Source: Takakia lepidozioides
Taxonomy: Eukaryota > Plantae > Bryophyta
Assembly (NCBI GenBank): GCA_030704615.1
Contig: CM060733.1
Location: forward strand, 5,270,001-5,334,000
Length of the DNA stretch: 64,000 nucleotides
Direction of reading: 5' to 3'
Part shown: piece after piece, positions 1 through 14,000 of the stretch
How the letters are laid out: each line of letters begins with the position of its first letter
How positions within the stretch are numbered: position 1 is the stretch's first letter
The notes under the pieces: generated by a model
What the model saw: only the letters and a program-made list of their open reading frames with translations
What the model was told of the DNA's origin: nothing
Databases searched by the model: none
Translations under genes and position numbers: made by a program

Positions 1-208
1 TCAATACAGCAATACTCAACTCCATCTAACAGATTGATGGTCAGCAGTGCACGATATTATGGCAATTTCAGGTGAGTTTCATAGGGCTCGGATTATATAA
101 CCAATCCAGGAGTATTAGCATCATGCAGACTTGCCCATGTTTGCAGGGAACCCTCTATGTGTTGGGGACGGAATCTAAGCTTTTTCAGGCAAAGGATGCG
201 ACTGTCAC

Positions 209-3200
209 CTGGAAGGAGGAGACCTCCAAACGCTTGAGGAAGGATGCAAGTTGGGTCAAAACGGGCTCATCTATGACCCGGTCTCTGAACATGGGAGATT
301 TAATCAGAACAAGCACAACTGGAAATAGAGGAACAGAACTCCGCCCCACTCCTCTTCCTGACAATGGCGATGCACCAGGCAATGGAGTAGTTGAGGGTGT
401 ACGCTTCCCACTGGCCAGATGGGCAATGTCTGTCGATATACTATCCAGAATCCCTGGGACAACAGTCACAATAGTTTGAACCAGAGCCTCCATACACTGC
501 TGTACATACACATCTTTTTCCTTGGTCAGTCTCTCAACTGCTGGCAGCAATTTGGCATTGCAAAGGGAGGGGAGCCATCGGCGGTTGATCTTGCAGAGAA
601 GAGCGGCACAAACGAATGCCTTGCCACGCAAAACCTCTGGTCCCTGTTCCACATTCCACACCATAAACATAAGAGTAATCAAACAATCACCTGGTCTTTG
701 GTACTGCTTGACTCAATTTGCTTTAACAAAACTTAGGGTCTTACCTGGTCAGCAAATTGCCAACAATCCACAAACATTGCCACCAGGGCTTGTGACAGTC
801 ACACGTCAACATCCCACACAGACCACCACACCAGAAGTAGTACATGCAAGGTATCCTACGCATGTCATTGCCACTGCAGCAGATAGCTGTACCATGCAGC
901 TGTAGTACTAGGGCAAAGAATCAAACGGAAAGGCTGGATCCTGTATTTAGAAGATATGAAAGTAAGAGATAAATAACTGCAACCTGGCAAACATACAGAT
1001 GGATTTGGTTGCTAAAGACTCATTTAAAGGACAAGGTCTATTGAACTGCAGTGAGATCAATCTCCCCTCCGCAACATAACATTGTTACAATGTCATCAAT
1101 AGGCCAAATAACAGAGATTGTCTCGTAAGTCAATTTTTGTCAGAGTATGTCTAGGTCACCACTACTCTTGTGATGTGACTCCACCTCAATATAGTATCAC
1201 TAGTATTGCATGGAACACTTGTGCAAATATCTGTTTGTGAACTCTGACCTGCTCCAGCATAGCAACCACGCAAGGTACAAGGCTCCTTTCCTCCAAGAGA
1301 GCCAGTAAGTACTTGCCCATATTGGTGATTACACTGCTCCCAACAAGTGCCATATTCAAGAGGTTGATGTTAACTTGTTGCTCTCTGGCACTCCCTCTTG
1401 CCAGACCTGCCACCAACTCTTTGAATGTGAGCTTTTCGAGAACGACTGGAATGGTGGAGGGGCTGAACCGGACTAAGCGCACCAGGCAGGAGCCGGCAGT
1501 TGCCCGGAGGTTCTCGGGTTTTGCTGAGGCTCGAAATGTGTGACAGAGATTCTCGAGGACTTCATGGCTGGTGAATCGGGTGGCCCACTCCCCTCCTTGG
1601 CTTGCAATATTTTCGATGGTTTTTAAAGCATAGTGTTGGGTCACATCATCCTCACCCTTGCGAAGAATGGAGGCCACCAGTGCAACTGTTGAAGTGGGAA
1701 TCTGCCATGGCCAGGAAGTCAGGAATTTGCAGGAGAAAAATGAGATTGGAAGACAGACAATCTGAATGACTTGGTCTTTTCAATTTGACGTCTTGCAACC
1801 TCAAAAGAAGAACAAAGCTGGTGCTGGGATCCATACGAATGGACACAACCTTGTTCTACACCTTACATGCCTACAAATAATAGAATAGATAGATCAGTAT
1901 GATCAGTATACTTGACAAACCCACCACTTTGGAAGACATTTGTTCAGATTTAATCTCTTCTGCAGCTCTTTCATTCTATCAGTCACAAGCCTCCAAAATA
2001 TAGGAATATTTTGGAAAATATTGGACTTACCTGCCACGTTGAGGAGCGGCTGTCCTTGCCAGTGTTCTCATGAACGGCGTTGGACTTAGGAGACCCTTCA
2101 CTCTGTGTTGCAATATAAAATAAAAGCTCTCCAAGAGTTGCCATGGCACAGCGCCGCACCTGAAAAGAATTGTACCAGCAATGTTAACACATTTGGTGCA
2201 GACCTAGAAAAAGGAAAATGTAAAGTTAGCGAAACTCTATGATATCAACGGCAATTGCTGCCAATGAATTGTTCTATGCGTATCAAGCACATGTACATAG
2301 AAGTAGGTTCTTCACATGCATTTGAAAGACTAGGCTTTGTCGAAAGTTGATCGCTACTTCTACTCATTGTAGTTGTGAAAAAGTTATCTCTGGAATGGCA
2401 TCTTCTACAGAGGATGGTCCAACAGGTATGTACTAGGCAAAGCCACTCAGAGTTTGCTATGTAATATTCAAATTTCACCTTCTCCTGCTTATCCCGCAAA
2501 ATCTCTGTCAAAACTGCCACAATCCCTGAACCTGCAAGCTCCTCCTCAATGAGGGTGGCATGGCGGACGAGCAAACCCATCACAGATGTCAGCTGCACAC
2601 GCAAGCCCGGGGCTTTCATGGTGCGCAGCATCTTCACCAGTAGAGGCATTAAGGGCCCATTGATCAACATGTTTGCAGCATCAATGTTGGTACATAGACT
2701 CTCCAGATACTTGAGTGTGTTCAGCTTTTCATTCATGACCGTGTGGCCATGGATGCTTGCCATAACACGATTCAAGAATGTCTCCAGCTGCTCCGGCTGA
2801 AGTTTCACAAACTCGGAGGCTGGCTGTGGGTCAATGGGGAGGATGCGCACATCAAATGTGGACTCCGGCACCTGTCAATCAGCTGAATATTTAAAATAAA
2901 TGAAAGCTATGCAAGGGCTTTCCAGGCAATTATCTTGACAGGTGCTAACAGTGACGGGTACAAAGACTAAATAGTAAGACGTCTAATTGAGTCCCTTAGA
3001 AATTAAAGAACAAACATTTGTTTACCGTGGAATAGATTTTCCATTTTTTCCTTCCTTCTTTTCTTTCTCCTAAGGGTGCACGGAAGTTCCATACACATTT
3101 GCATACACATTAATCTATTAGAGATCAAGATTGCTGCTATGTTTAGCAACCATAACTATTTCATCTCTGCACTTCACACACACTGTTCACGTCTTAAGGT

Positions 3201-6200
3201 GGCCGTGGTTGAGCACAGAAGGCTCTGTGAGCATGCAAGGGTGGCTGGAGATCAGCAATGGCCAATCTGTGGGGAACCCTGGGTTGCACAGTAGGAAGCA
3301 GTTGCCTTCTAACAGCTTCACAGCTATCCATACAATGGATCGTCTGGCATATAATTCAAGTTAAATAAAAGGTGTTGAATAGAAGTAGGGTGGAAACTCA
3401 GAGTACTTTAACAAATCAGCATTGCACATGACAGTAGAAAGCTATGGAATACCATAGCAGAAACCAGTTGACAATATTTTTGGACTAGTGGGTACATTCT
3501 ACAATATGCATCTGAACATAGTTTTCAAGAATATTTAAGCAGGCTACATGAATCTTACTCCAAGGAAGATTCAATGAAATCACCTTTTCTATCCGCCGGT
3601 TAAGCATGATAGGCCGCACAGCCAAATCCGAGGGGTGCCAGAGAGACTGGGAAAGTACAACCGAAGGTTTCGGGGGTGTTGGGAGCCCTGTTGCTGTGGC
3701 CTTTCTCTGTTCGCCCGTCATGGATGCAATACGCTGCAAGCCTTTTCTTGGAATGCCAACACCTGGGGGAGTTGCTGCAACATGGCGGAGGGTCTCCATC
3801 CGAGTGCCTTCCACCTCCGACAGAACCTTGAGAGATTCATCCTCTTTTCCGTTACTGTCTGAATCCTGAGGTTTTGGCAAATGCTGCACATGTGGGCTGC
3901 TCTCTCCTCCACTTTGCTCTTTCTCCACTGTTGAAAGTCCCAGCTTGGATAGACCCTTGCTTAGAGCAATTTCTTCAGCAACAACAGACGGAGTCGAGGC
4001 ATCAGCCTCTTCATCCTCATCATTTGTATCACTCTCAGCACCCTCCACAAAATTGAGCTCCAAGTCAGTATTTTCTATAGTGATATCTGTATCAGTCGTG
4101 GTGGCCTTGGAGTTTGATTGCTGCCGATATGACTCACTCTCTGCCTCTTTCTGCAAATTGCTTTTCACTATCTTGGACAGCCTGAGAAGATTCACACCAC
4201 CCCCACTGGTTTTCGCATTCCCTTCCTTGAGCGGGCTAGCACCTGCTGCCCCACCTCCCACTTTTCGACCATTGCTTGATGGAGTAAGAGGAACATTCTC
4301 CTCCACACCTATTTCTTTAACACCTCTACGTAATCCTGACTGTTGGCTCTCAGCTTTCTTTGCTTGGGTATGTTCACTGGCACGAGCCAAGGTCCGCTCA
4401 CCTGCTGAAATTCTTGCAGAGGGAGGTCCCTTCTTCTCTGCAGGGGTGCCTCTCTCTGAGGTATGTCCTTTCTCAGGTGTTAAAGACCTGTGGGTCTGCC
4501 GTAAAAAGTTTGCCAATGCAGGTTGGGGGGGCAATGGGAGTGCCTTGCATTTTGTCCTCCAGAAGGTATGGTCCCGCAGCTCGGGCCACTGTATTCTCTC
4601 GGTTGGATCCTTTACTAAGAGACGATTCACCAGATCCTCAAATTCCTGGCTAGGGTTTCCATGAAGAGGAGGAGTTGGGTCAGAAATTATAGAGTTGACA
4701 AGCTGTGTGAAGCTGCTGGACACAAAGGGGGGCCTGCCAGCATAGCACTCATACATGACACAACCAAGTGCCCACAAGTCGGACCCGAATGAATGCACGC
4801 TTCCTTCTTGGAAAAGCTCGGGGGCCATGTAACATGGTGTTCCCCTCTTTGCTTGTGGGAGCTGCCCCAACCCATTCAATGATAATCAGCCAGCATCAGA
4901 TTAGACCCCACAGAGCACAGGGTGGCTTCAGTCTAGTATGTTAAATGTCTACCAAGCACCAAACACAGGGAAGGCTCTGCAGAGAATGCAACACAGTGGC
5001 TAACAAAGGTGCACAAGCTCGCCGATGCAGTCGCACTGTGTGTCTCTGGAACCCCATGGCAATGCTCATTCCCAATTGAGTCGCGGGAAAATTGCTGGGC
5101 ATTTCCAGGAGCAATGATCACACTTTGCTTGATACTCCCCAACATGTACTTAATGAGCTTGATCCACAAGAACCCAAAGCATGAGGCAGCCAATTGCAAA
5201 AAATGGGAATTTGTTGCATCCTGCCAAAGTAAGTGTAAATTATGGTGTTACTTTATCCCAAAGGGCTACTACCTTCCGTTTACACCTTCTAACGGCTGTA
5301 GTCGGGGCAACGCGGTTGCCCAGACCTCCCCCAAGGACTTGAAAGTACCCAGGTACCCACACATTAGCTGACCGGCTGACCCACCGAACCCCCTTTTATA
5401 GCTGGGTTGGCTATAATGGGTGACATCCAACATACACCTACATGGCTTTGAACCCACGACCGCTTATAAGGTGGCCTTGTGCCCTAACCACTGGACCAAC
5501 AGATGCTCAGCCAATTGAATATAAGAAGAAAGAAAAAAGACTCCTGAATTAGGCTTGACAAACCCATGCATTCACCAACCAGCAGGCCTAAAGACTGGCT
5601 AAGAATTTGCAAAAGAATCTCCTGCAACAGAAACTGACAAGAGGATTGACTCTGAATGCCTAGCTCGTTAATGCTCCCAGTGTTTTGCAATGTAAGGTGG
5701 TCCAAACACAGTAGAGGAACCTGTTGGACGGAGCTTTTTGAGATGTCACTAAGGCGCCTTGCCAGCCCAAAATCACATAACTGCAATCAGACAGGCCAAA
5801 AATAAATTCTTAGATAAACAAGGAGCTGTGTTTGAATACCTTCTGATATCATTGATGGGCAAGAGCATTTGATGAAGATAAGCCCAAGGGCAAGGGTCCC
5901 AAGTGGTTCATTTGTGCTTCCAGAAATCACACCTGTTAACCGTACAATTCCCCTTCCTCCTCCTTCCTGTCTCACTCTATTGTCCCTCTTTTCCGCTCAA
6001 ACTGGGCGCGGGGTCAATGGCCACAAGGCTACGGCAAACAACGTCTTATGAGTACATTCTATTGTCCCTCTGCTGTGCTGTCCTACTGAGTCCATTGGCC
6101 CTCAGGGCCTCCTGTGGCTGTAATAAATTGTTTCTTGCGACCACAAGGCTGTTGCAAAGAAGTCCCTGAGCAGCCTCTCTCTTTGTGATGAACTAAATGA

Positions 6201-9087
6201 ACAAATGCACACATATCGTACTGACTGGCTCATACTGCCAAACGTCAGAAGCATACCTTGAGACGTCCATTCTCATCAAGCAATACATTGGATGGTTTTA
6301 AATCACAGTAAATCACTCCCTTTGAGTGCAAGAATCTGCATCAGGTACACCATCCCATAAACATGAACTGCCTTTATTCACAGCACTCATCATAGTGATA
6401 CTGTCTTCACAATAGAATGCGGTTACAACTAGCTTTCAGAATTTAGGGGTAAAACTCCCTTCTCTCCAAAATATGAGGAGGAACAAGTTGGTTATTGCTT
6501 GCTGGGCTCCCCTGCAGCAACCAATGACCTTTTTCTCCCCTAGTCTTGTATTCAGGTGGTAATGCCCAAGTTATCTCCTATGTCCTGCACAAATATATGC
6601 AGAGAGAGAGTAGACTCTGGCCGTAGCCACTGTAACTTCACCTTACGGCTACTGCCCCCTTTCGGAGGTGGGCTCTGCACAAATATATGTATGACTTGAT
6701 TAGTATGATAGCCACTGAAAGTCATTCGCATTGAGAGGTAGCATGGTAAAATGGATAAAACTTCAAGGTGAAGGTCGCGTACTGTAAAGCCTGGACTAAG
6801 TCCCGCGCAAAGTCATGAATTGACTCCTCTGGAAGTCGGGTATCCTGCAGCAGCATTGGAATTGAGAGATATCAATGGATTTGTTCTCTTGTCCCTGCAT
6901 TAATTTTAAGTGGATGCCAGTTTTGATAAATCATTCCAGTCAGTCAGGTTTTTGCTGGTTCCTGTTCTTAGGTTCAGCCAAGAAGAACCTTCCACGAGCC
7001 TGGGATAGGCTTGTACTGCCTGCAGACAGAGGGAAGCTGACTGGGACAGCTGAACAAAAGCAGATAGGTTACAAGGGATATCAGATCAGCCCATCAAAAT
7101 ATGAACGAATTTGAGTAGAAGCCAAGTGTTCAAAGATATAATACATCTTCTAGCATCCAATTTGTTGCTTCCAGCCATACGAACTGCTTTAGCTGGCCAA
7201 GTTACCCACAGGCAGTGCCAAATTTGCAAAAGTCATGAAAGATAGATGATAGGCTTAGGTGAGAGATCCACCTGTCGCAACAAGGTCAGGAGATCTCCCC
7301 CAACACAGTATTCCAGAACAAGCCATAGATGTGCTGATGTTTCATACCTGCCAGCCATACTGGTTTCAATTCAATATCTAGAATCCAAGGCTGTAACATT
7401 TCCAGCTCCATGTAGAGCAAGCTTGTCGAAAAAGTCAGTTCAGCACAATATCACTGCTAAAACTGGTTGAATGTGTCAGTGTTCAAGTGCCACTTCTTGA
7501 CTCTACTGCTAAGCCAGCCGTAGCTGCCAGATTGTCATCTTGCCTCCCACAAGCTTGCAACTGAACCTTGAGAAGAGAAGGTGCTAGAGGTGCATGCACC
7601 ATGGCCTCACAAGGTCTGGCGCTCTTGGAACAAAGAAATGAGGGCGACCTTAACCCAAATATCTTCCATCAGACTGCAGGGAACACCAACATGACTGCGA
7701 AGCCCATAAGCATTTGAAATATGATGGGACATACCAGGCATAAAACTTGAGAACGTTGTCGTGATCAAGTGAATGCAGAGTACGAACCTGCAAAAGATTA
7801 CGACCATCAACCGCATGCAGAACAGTTTTTCTTCCTGCCTATCAATGGTCAGTATGTACCCCCTGTAACAATGTACTTGGCACTCAACACTCAGAGCCAA
7901 GCAGTACTTGACCAGATCCCCTGGCAATGCTGCTTGTGTAAGCTAACTTAAACCCCCCCCTCCACTGTGCTGGCACGGTAACCCATGTACTGTGACTTCA
8001 TCCACTCAGCAGGGTAGATTCTTGGTCAGTGGTGCCCCTGGGGGTTTTACTGCAGGGCCCTCTAAGGTGCTCTGTAACAAGTAAGAGCTGCCAATATCAT
8101 TAGTCAATTTTAGCCAACACGGTAGTTGAGAGTGTGAGCCTGATTGGCAGCTTATTACAATATTTGTCAACCTGTAGTTGGGTATGCGTGAAAGAGCCTG
8201 AGAGACCAGTAATAACCATGCCAGTCAAAAAGGCTCACTTCTTGTAGAACCCTGGATTTTTGACTCTTCTCAACACTCTTGATGGCGTAGTACTCAATGG
8301 ATTTCTTCTTCCTTCCTTTGTACACAGTCTGCACCCAATCAGCAGAGCAAACTAAAATAGAGTGAGATTACAGACAATGCAACAACCTGCAAACTCTCAT
8401 TTCCTCCAGTGTAGGGGCAGTAGAAAGGCCAGTTTGTTCTAGGGGCGAGTTTGGCATACTTCCCGTAAACTCCCGACGATATGAATTCAAGGTCAGATGG
8501 TGGGGTAAAGAGGAGGGATGAAGATTGAGATAAACGGTAGGGGTTAAAGACCACTAATTCAGTCCCCTCACTCAGCAAAAGTGGTATATGAGGTTATAAA
8601 TCCCATCCTCAAGCGGACATTAGGGTTTAGGCACTAAATATTCTGTGCAAAACCAAGCCGTATGCTGAAATGAACGGAGTCTTCTCTCAACTGTTGATAC
8701 TCAGATACTTTCGTGCTTGTACCTTTGGCAGGGCCGGCATTCAGCCCGCATACATTAGGTAGGAAATTACTGGAGCTAGTGCAGTAGAGCTGGATTAGAG
8801 TAAGAAGCCTCTACCTAAGGAATAACTCGAAGTAAGCAACTATGTATTCAGCCACCTGATGGTTCGTATCGCTAGAACACTTGTTCCTGTAAAGTGCGTC
8901 TTAGGATGGTCTCACATTGCAGCAGAACATGAGTTGAACACTCCGATGATCCCTACATGGTGCCTTACTGAACAAGATAATCATCTATGTCAGTAAAGTT
9001 CTGAGCTTCAAGTTGCCAGTCACAACACACTCGACTTACAGAATGCTTGCCTCGCCCGATCGCCTCATATATGTGATATTGATTCAT
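209..9087 (-). CDS. RUK: RUNKEL / ULK4-like serine-threonine (pseudo)kinase with C-terminal HEAT/ARM region; multi-exon, 3' end lies beyond the window start
   Basis: GT-AG exons give [16 protein letters not shown] (9087-9040), [19 protein letters not shown] (8328-8239), [18 protein letters not shown] (~7787-7735), [19 protein letters not shown] (~7347-7273), [16 protein letters not shown] (~6844-6783), [16 protein letters not shown] (~6335-6257), [10 protein letters not shown] (~5780-5721), [12 protein letters not shown]...[12 protein letters not shown] (~4862-3583), then helical-repeat exons (~2870-2479, ~2159-2031, ~1700-1250, ~654-209). The YCD catalytic loop and these motifs are typical of RUK/ULK4. 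Confidence 0.95.
5265..5510 (-). mobile_element. tRNA-derived SINE-like insertion in a RUK intron
   Basis: Minus strand has an A-box-like TGGTCCAGTGGTTAG (~5498-5484) and a B-box GGTTCAAAGCC (~5454-5444), followed by about 180 bp of GC-richer body. No cloverleaf acceptor stem or clear TSD seen. Confidence 0.5.
6600..6674 (-). mobile_element. 75-bp 5'-truncated non-LTR retroelement 3' end with 15-bp TSD
   Basis: Perfect direct repeat CTGCACAAATATATG at 6585-6599 and 6675-6689. The insert carries the structured motif shared with 29983-30021 and 31134-31172, plus a (TC)n tail. Confidence 0.8.
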
Positions 9088-11011
9088 AAAGGCTCCAGAA
9101 GCCCCAAGGCACCGGCTCTGCGGTTGGCGCCAATTCTCCAGACAGTAAGACCGTTGCCCTTATCGCCGATCTCGCCAGTCAGGTTAAGACATGTACATGG
9201 GAAATACAGTTGATCTGCTTGAAGAAGGTTTGTTGGTTAAGTTGAAACTGGTTTAATATGCCTTATCTGAAAGGATTTGTGGGGAGAGGGAGGATGATCT
9301 GCCAATGCGGTGAGGTAGACCAACACCGAGGGAGAAAGAATGGGAGAAGGCCAAAGGAGATTAGAAATGAGAGAAAGAGCAACACGAACAGACTGATGGT
9401 GAAAGAGTGACGAGGGAGAGAGATGCAAAGTGGTGTCCAAAATGGCGGAACTAAGAAGAACAAAATGCATGCCGGAACAATAAAGTAGTTAAACTACAAA
9501 GTTACCCTAGTTATCCTCACATCACGTGGCTCGGGTGCGTTTATATCCGAAGATTGAAGACTGCCAATTTCTGTCAGTAAAGGCTTGAGATTTCCTGCAT
9601 CTTCGGATTACAAAACCGAGGTACACAACCAGTGCATGGAAGGCAGAGTGAGTGCCATCATTTCCAAATGGCCGGGAAAGGATGGAGCACAGAGGGAGGT
9701 TGTAAAACCAAGAGACCACAAAACGAGCTGTAATTTACCACATCAAGAAGAAGAGACGCGAAACAAAGCACATAGACGGAGCAGGTGGGTATTTTGACAA
9801 TGCAGCTCCGGACCACAGCCAGGCTTTCAATTCAAGATGTCCACAGTTTCCGTATGCAGATAAACCAGGTAACATTGGAAACGGAAAACATCAGAAAGCA
9901 AGCTAGTCAACAGAAATCGCATATCATCACCACGAACACTCGCTCACTCAAATCCAAGCAGAATAGCGGATGTGCGAGCATGCAGAAGGGACGAGGAAGA
10001 TGATAAGTACTCGGTATAACTGATACGTGGTTTGATAAGTTGCACTATCGAAGCCCTCTTGGGGGTATTTTTATATTGTTAAATTAAAATACTAATACCG
10101 GAAAAATAAGAAGCCTGTTTTCGAGAAGGAATAAAATGAGTTATCTGAAAATATTAACGATACGGTTGTCGATAAGCAGGATGATAAGAATTATGATACG
10201 TGATAGTGGACAGCTTCAAACGCTGCATTTGGGCGGGGAGACCTTACTACCCTATTCATAGCCCCACCATAATTCTCATCCATCCTACTGAAATATTCAT
10301 CCACACTTTTCTCTGCATCCATCAGGATGTCAAAGTATTGCCGGAGGCCTCGTGGGATGGATGACCGATGGATGACCTATGGATGATTTCTGACGAAGAC
10401 ATTCTCATGTGGTATATGGTATATGGCCGTCCGGCAAGGGAAGCCGTGGAGGGACGGCAGTCGCCGCCGCTCCACGGCAGATTTCTGCCGTCGCACGGCC
10501 ACTTTTGGCCGTGCGGCTGCTTGATCCCCTCGTGTGAACATCGTAGATGACGGTCTCTCTCTCTTCAGTGTTCGTGGCGCATGCTGAAGAGCTTCTTAGA
10601 GAGATTTGCGCGTAACATTGTGTACCAAGTTTCTCTGTCTTTGTGCAGATATCTCTGCAGTCCTTTCGGTTTCGAAATCTGGGTACGGAATTTTTTTTCA
10701 GTATGCTTTTTCCATGCAGTTATAGAGGATCCACCAATTTCAGTTCACGATCTAGCATATGGATATGGCCTCATATAGATCTGTCTCATTTGAGTGAGGG
10801 AATTCTCTTAATTTTACTCAGTTCGCAAGGATAGTAGTGCATTGGCGGAGGACACCTTATAACATATGAGGAAATTGGACTCTCGCACTGAAAATAGTGG
10901 CCATGACGCTAAACCCCCACAAGAGAGAAGTGGGTTGCCAATGAAACCTTCCTGAAGGAGTGTGGGTTGTTCCATTTGGGACCAGAGCAGCTGCAGAAAG
11001 AGAGAGGGTAC

Positions 11012-14000
11012 ATGAGCAACGGTGCCTCTTCCAGCAGCCTTCGAAGTGCCTTTTCCTACTGTGTAGGCCAAGTCCGGTGCCCTCTCTCTCTCTCTCTCCC
11101 CTGGTTCCGCAGTCTATTTCTATGAAGCCATTGCGTGTCTCAGGGTTTAGATGTCAGTGTTGGATGCTAAAGTAATGCTGGGACCTTCACCTAATGAGAG
11201 CACCCGCACGGACTTGTCTCCTTGACTTACTACAGGTGCTTGCACCTTGAGTTGCTCCGCCACGGCATTTCATTGTTGCTGTCCCTATCTCTGTATTCTG
11301 GAAGAAATTTAATTGATCAGAGCTAACCATTTCGTACTACTGAGGAATCTAGCCGTTTATGCTCCATGGGATCGGGGTGCAGGTTCTCTCGACTACAATA
11401 ATTGAATTATAGACTATATCGTATAGTGTCCCTCTCTCATTCATTGACTTTGCCTCCGTCTCATTTTTGGGGTGGTCCTCTTAGACAGCTTGTAAAAACA
11501 GAAACAGACAGGTACCAGATATGAGATGGGAAAGCCAGAGAAGGATTCGTATTCATGGATTGGAGGAGTCGTTTGGGCATCAAGAAAGTAATGGGGAGTT
11601 TGACAGGTAGTCCGGGCATTGTGAGTCCAGGAAGTACGATTATGAGCACTATCTCTGTGCGCTCTATTTGCCGCCGGGCCTGCGCTCGGCAGCCTTCGCT
11701 CTCAGAGCTTTCAATGTGGAGACTGCGCAGGTGTGTGCCTTTTGCATTGTGTTTGAGGACATACTTGACATAGGATCTGCCACATTCACAGTAGTTGAAG
11801 AACAGCCATCTCTTACTCATGTGCCATCAAGGTAAAGAATCATGGGTGTTCCTTTGTAATCTTCGGTAGAGTTTTGTAGTCCTTCCAGCCTTGCAGCAAA
11901 AGTCATGTGTGCCACTGGACAAGCAATTGGAAACAGGATCTTTTTTAACGAGTCCTTGTAACCAGTATGCACTACACAAGAGAATGTGGTATCTGCATTG
12001 TTTCATGAACTACAGGGGAAAAGTATGCTTAGTCTCCCTGTAGTTTGAGCTTTTCAGTTCTGTTGGCACTTCAGCTGTGGCAGCAAAAATCTATGAGCAA
12101 ACAAGTCTCTCGAACAAGATGCTACTTGATTGGCTTTGTGCTGCAAACATGTAACTATGTAAGAGTAGTGTGTATCCATTCTGTCAAGAATAATAATAAT
12201 TTCTGGAATACCATGATGAAATCTTCTCTTTCTTCCTAACTTGCTTTCCGCAGGCTGGGGAGAGTGCCCGGGATACAAATCTGGCAATGATGCGGCTGGC
12301 GTGGTGGCGGGATGCTGTGGATTCCATATTCAAGGTAAACATTCTACTTCATTTGCGGAGCTTATCCCCACCTGCATTTATCATGGTCATGGCGTCATAT
12401 GAGGCACATTTTGTTGGCAGCGGCACTTTTTTCCACTTTAATTTTGGGTATGATCTGGAAAATGTCTAGCTAACAGTGATTATTCTGGAAGAATCATAAT
12501 CTGTTGGATGACTGAGGGGGCTGCACACAAAGACTAATACAAGTCTAACAGTAACGATCTTGTTTTGGAGCTGTGCCATCAACCGGTTGACTAAGCAAGC
12601 CTGGCTTGGCTATTACGTGGACTTGGCCTCATGTGCACACTGAATGACCACATGTGACATACACATCAGCCTTTGCTCTAGTTTAGACAGCCAATTTTAC
12701 CGAAACAGTTCTAGTGTTTGCCAGGCAATTTGATGACAGATTCTTATGAGCAGAAAAAATTGCTGGAGCATCCGGTTCTGAAAGCCCTTGGGTCAGTCAT
12801 TGACGAGCATCGACTGAGCAAGCATTGGTTCACCCGCTTGCTTGAGGCTCGGGTATGTTGGGCTTTGGCACATGTCTTACACACATTCATCATCTGTTTT
12901 CTCTGACGGCTCAATAGCTAGCCATTCCAAGGTTTCTCTCCTTCCTTCTTCCTCTTTGTCCAGCCTGTTGGCACATATCTTAGTTGACTCTAACAGAAAA
13001 TTTAGACTACATGTGGGTACACAGAAATGACAGGAAACTGCCATAGCACTAGGGTCCCACGTTCCTGTATATTTAGTGTTCAACGCTTTATGTTCTTCTT
13101 GATGTGTTGGCCTCCCTGTTTCATCCCTTTAAAATCAGTGTACCCGAGTTTCCCCTTCCCCATGGAGTCTTTTCATTCCACAGCAGATTCCAGTTGAATT
13201 TTCTGGACAGCAGAGAACAAACAATTGCATTACACAGCATTCATTCAAAAGCAGTTCTTCAGCTAGAGGCTGTTGGTATTCAATAGTTGACATGTGCTGC
13301 TGGTCTGTCGTAGATGCTGGATTTGGACATGGTCACTTCACCTGTAAACATTTCTGAAGTGGAACGGTAAGCTCCCTATTGCCTATTATCCTTGACATTG
13401 GGTACTTTCAGGTTCTTGAGTTATGTGGTCTTACCCTGTGATCTTTTTGGGCTTTCCACAGATGTTGTTGACCTTTTGTTCTTTCTATATTTCTTGCTTC
13501 TATCATTCTCTGTCTCTGAGATTTAGGTGTTATTTTTTGTATTGAAATGCTCATTTGAAACAAAGTTATGGTTGCATAGGCCCCTCTGGCCTCCAGTGGA
13601 CATACTTTCGCTACAGGCTAAGATCAGTGCTCTAGTGCGTGTCAGTGTTTTTAATGTGACATGCTTTTCATTAAACTGCCCCTTGGATTCTCCCCTTCAT
13701 AATGTCTCGTCACAAACTGTGGTCTATAACCCTGCATCTAGTTTTTCCTTCTGTTGTCTTAATATTTGTTTTGAAGTGAGTTGCCTGACCTGAGCATGGA
13801 CACAGATATGCTGAGAACACAGCTTCAGCACTTCTGTACCTGACATTGGAGGCTGCCGGTGTACGTAACACTGCAGCTGACCACGCTGCTTCTCACATAG
13901 GTATTTCCTCATCATCCACAGAACAGTCATTGAATAGATAGAAGAAAGATTGGCTTTGGGGAAGAGGAACTTTTTATGCACTAGGGCTTTGCAGCAATGC

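Noticed and set aside
3945-4664. 239-aa plus-strand ORF and similar long antisense ORFs (25230-25679, 26551-26982, 48913-49431)
   Set aside because: Shadows of real coding sequence on the opposite strand with no recognisable motifs.
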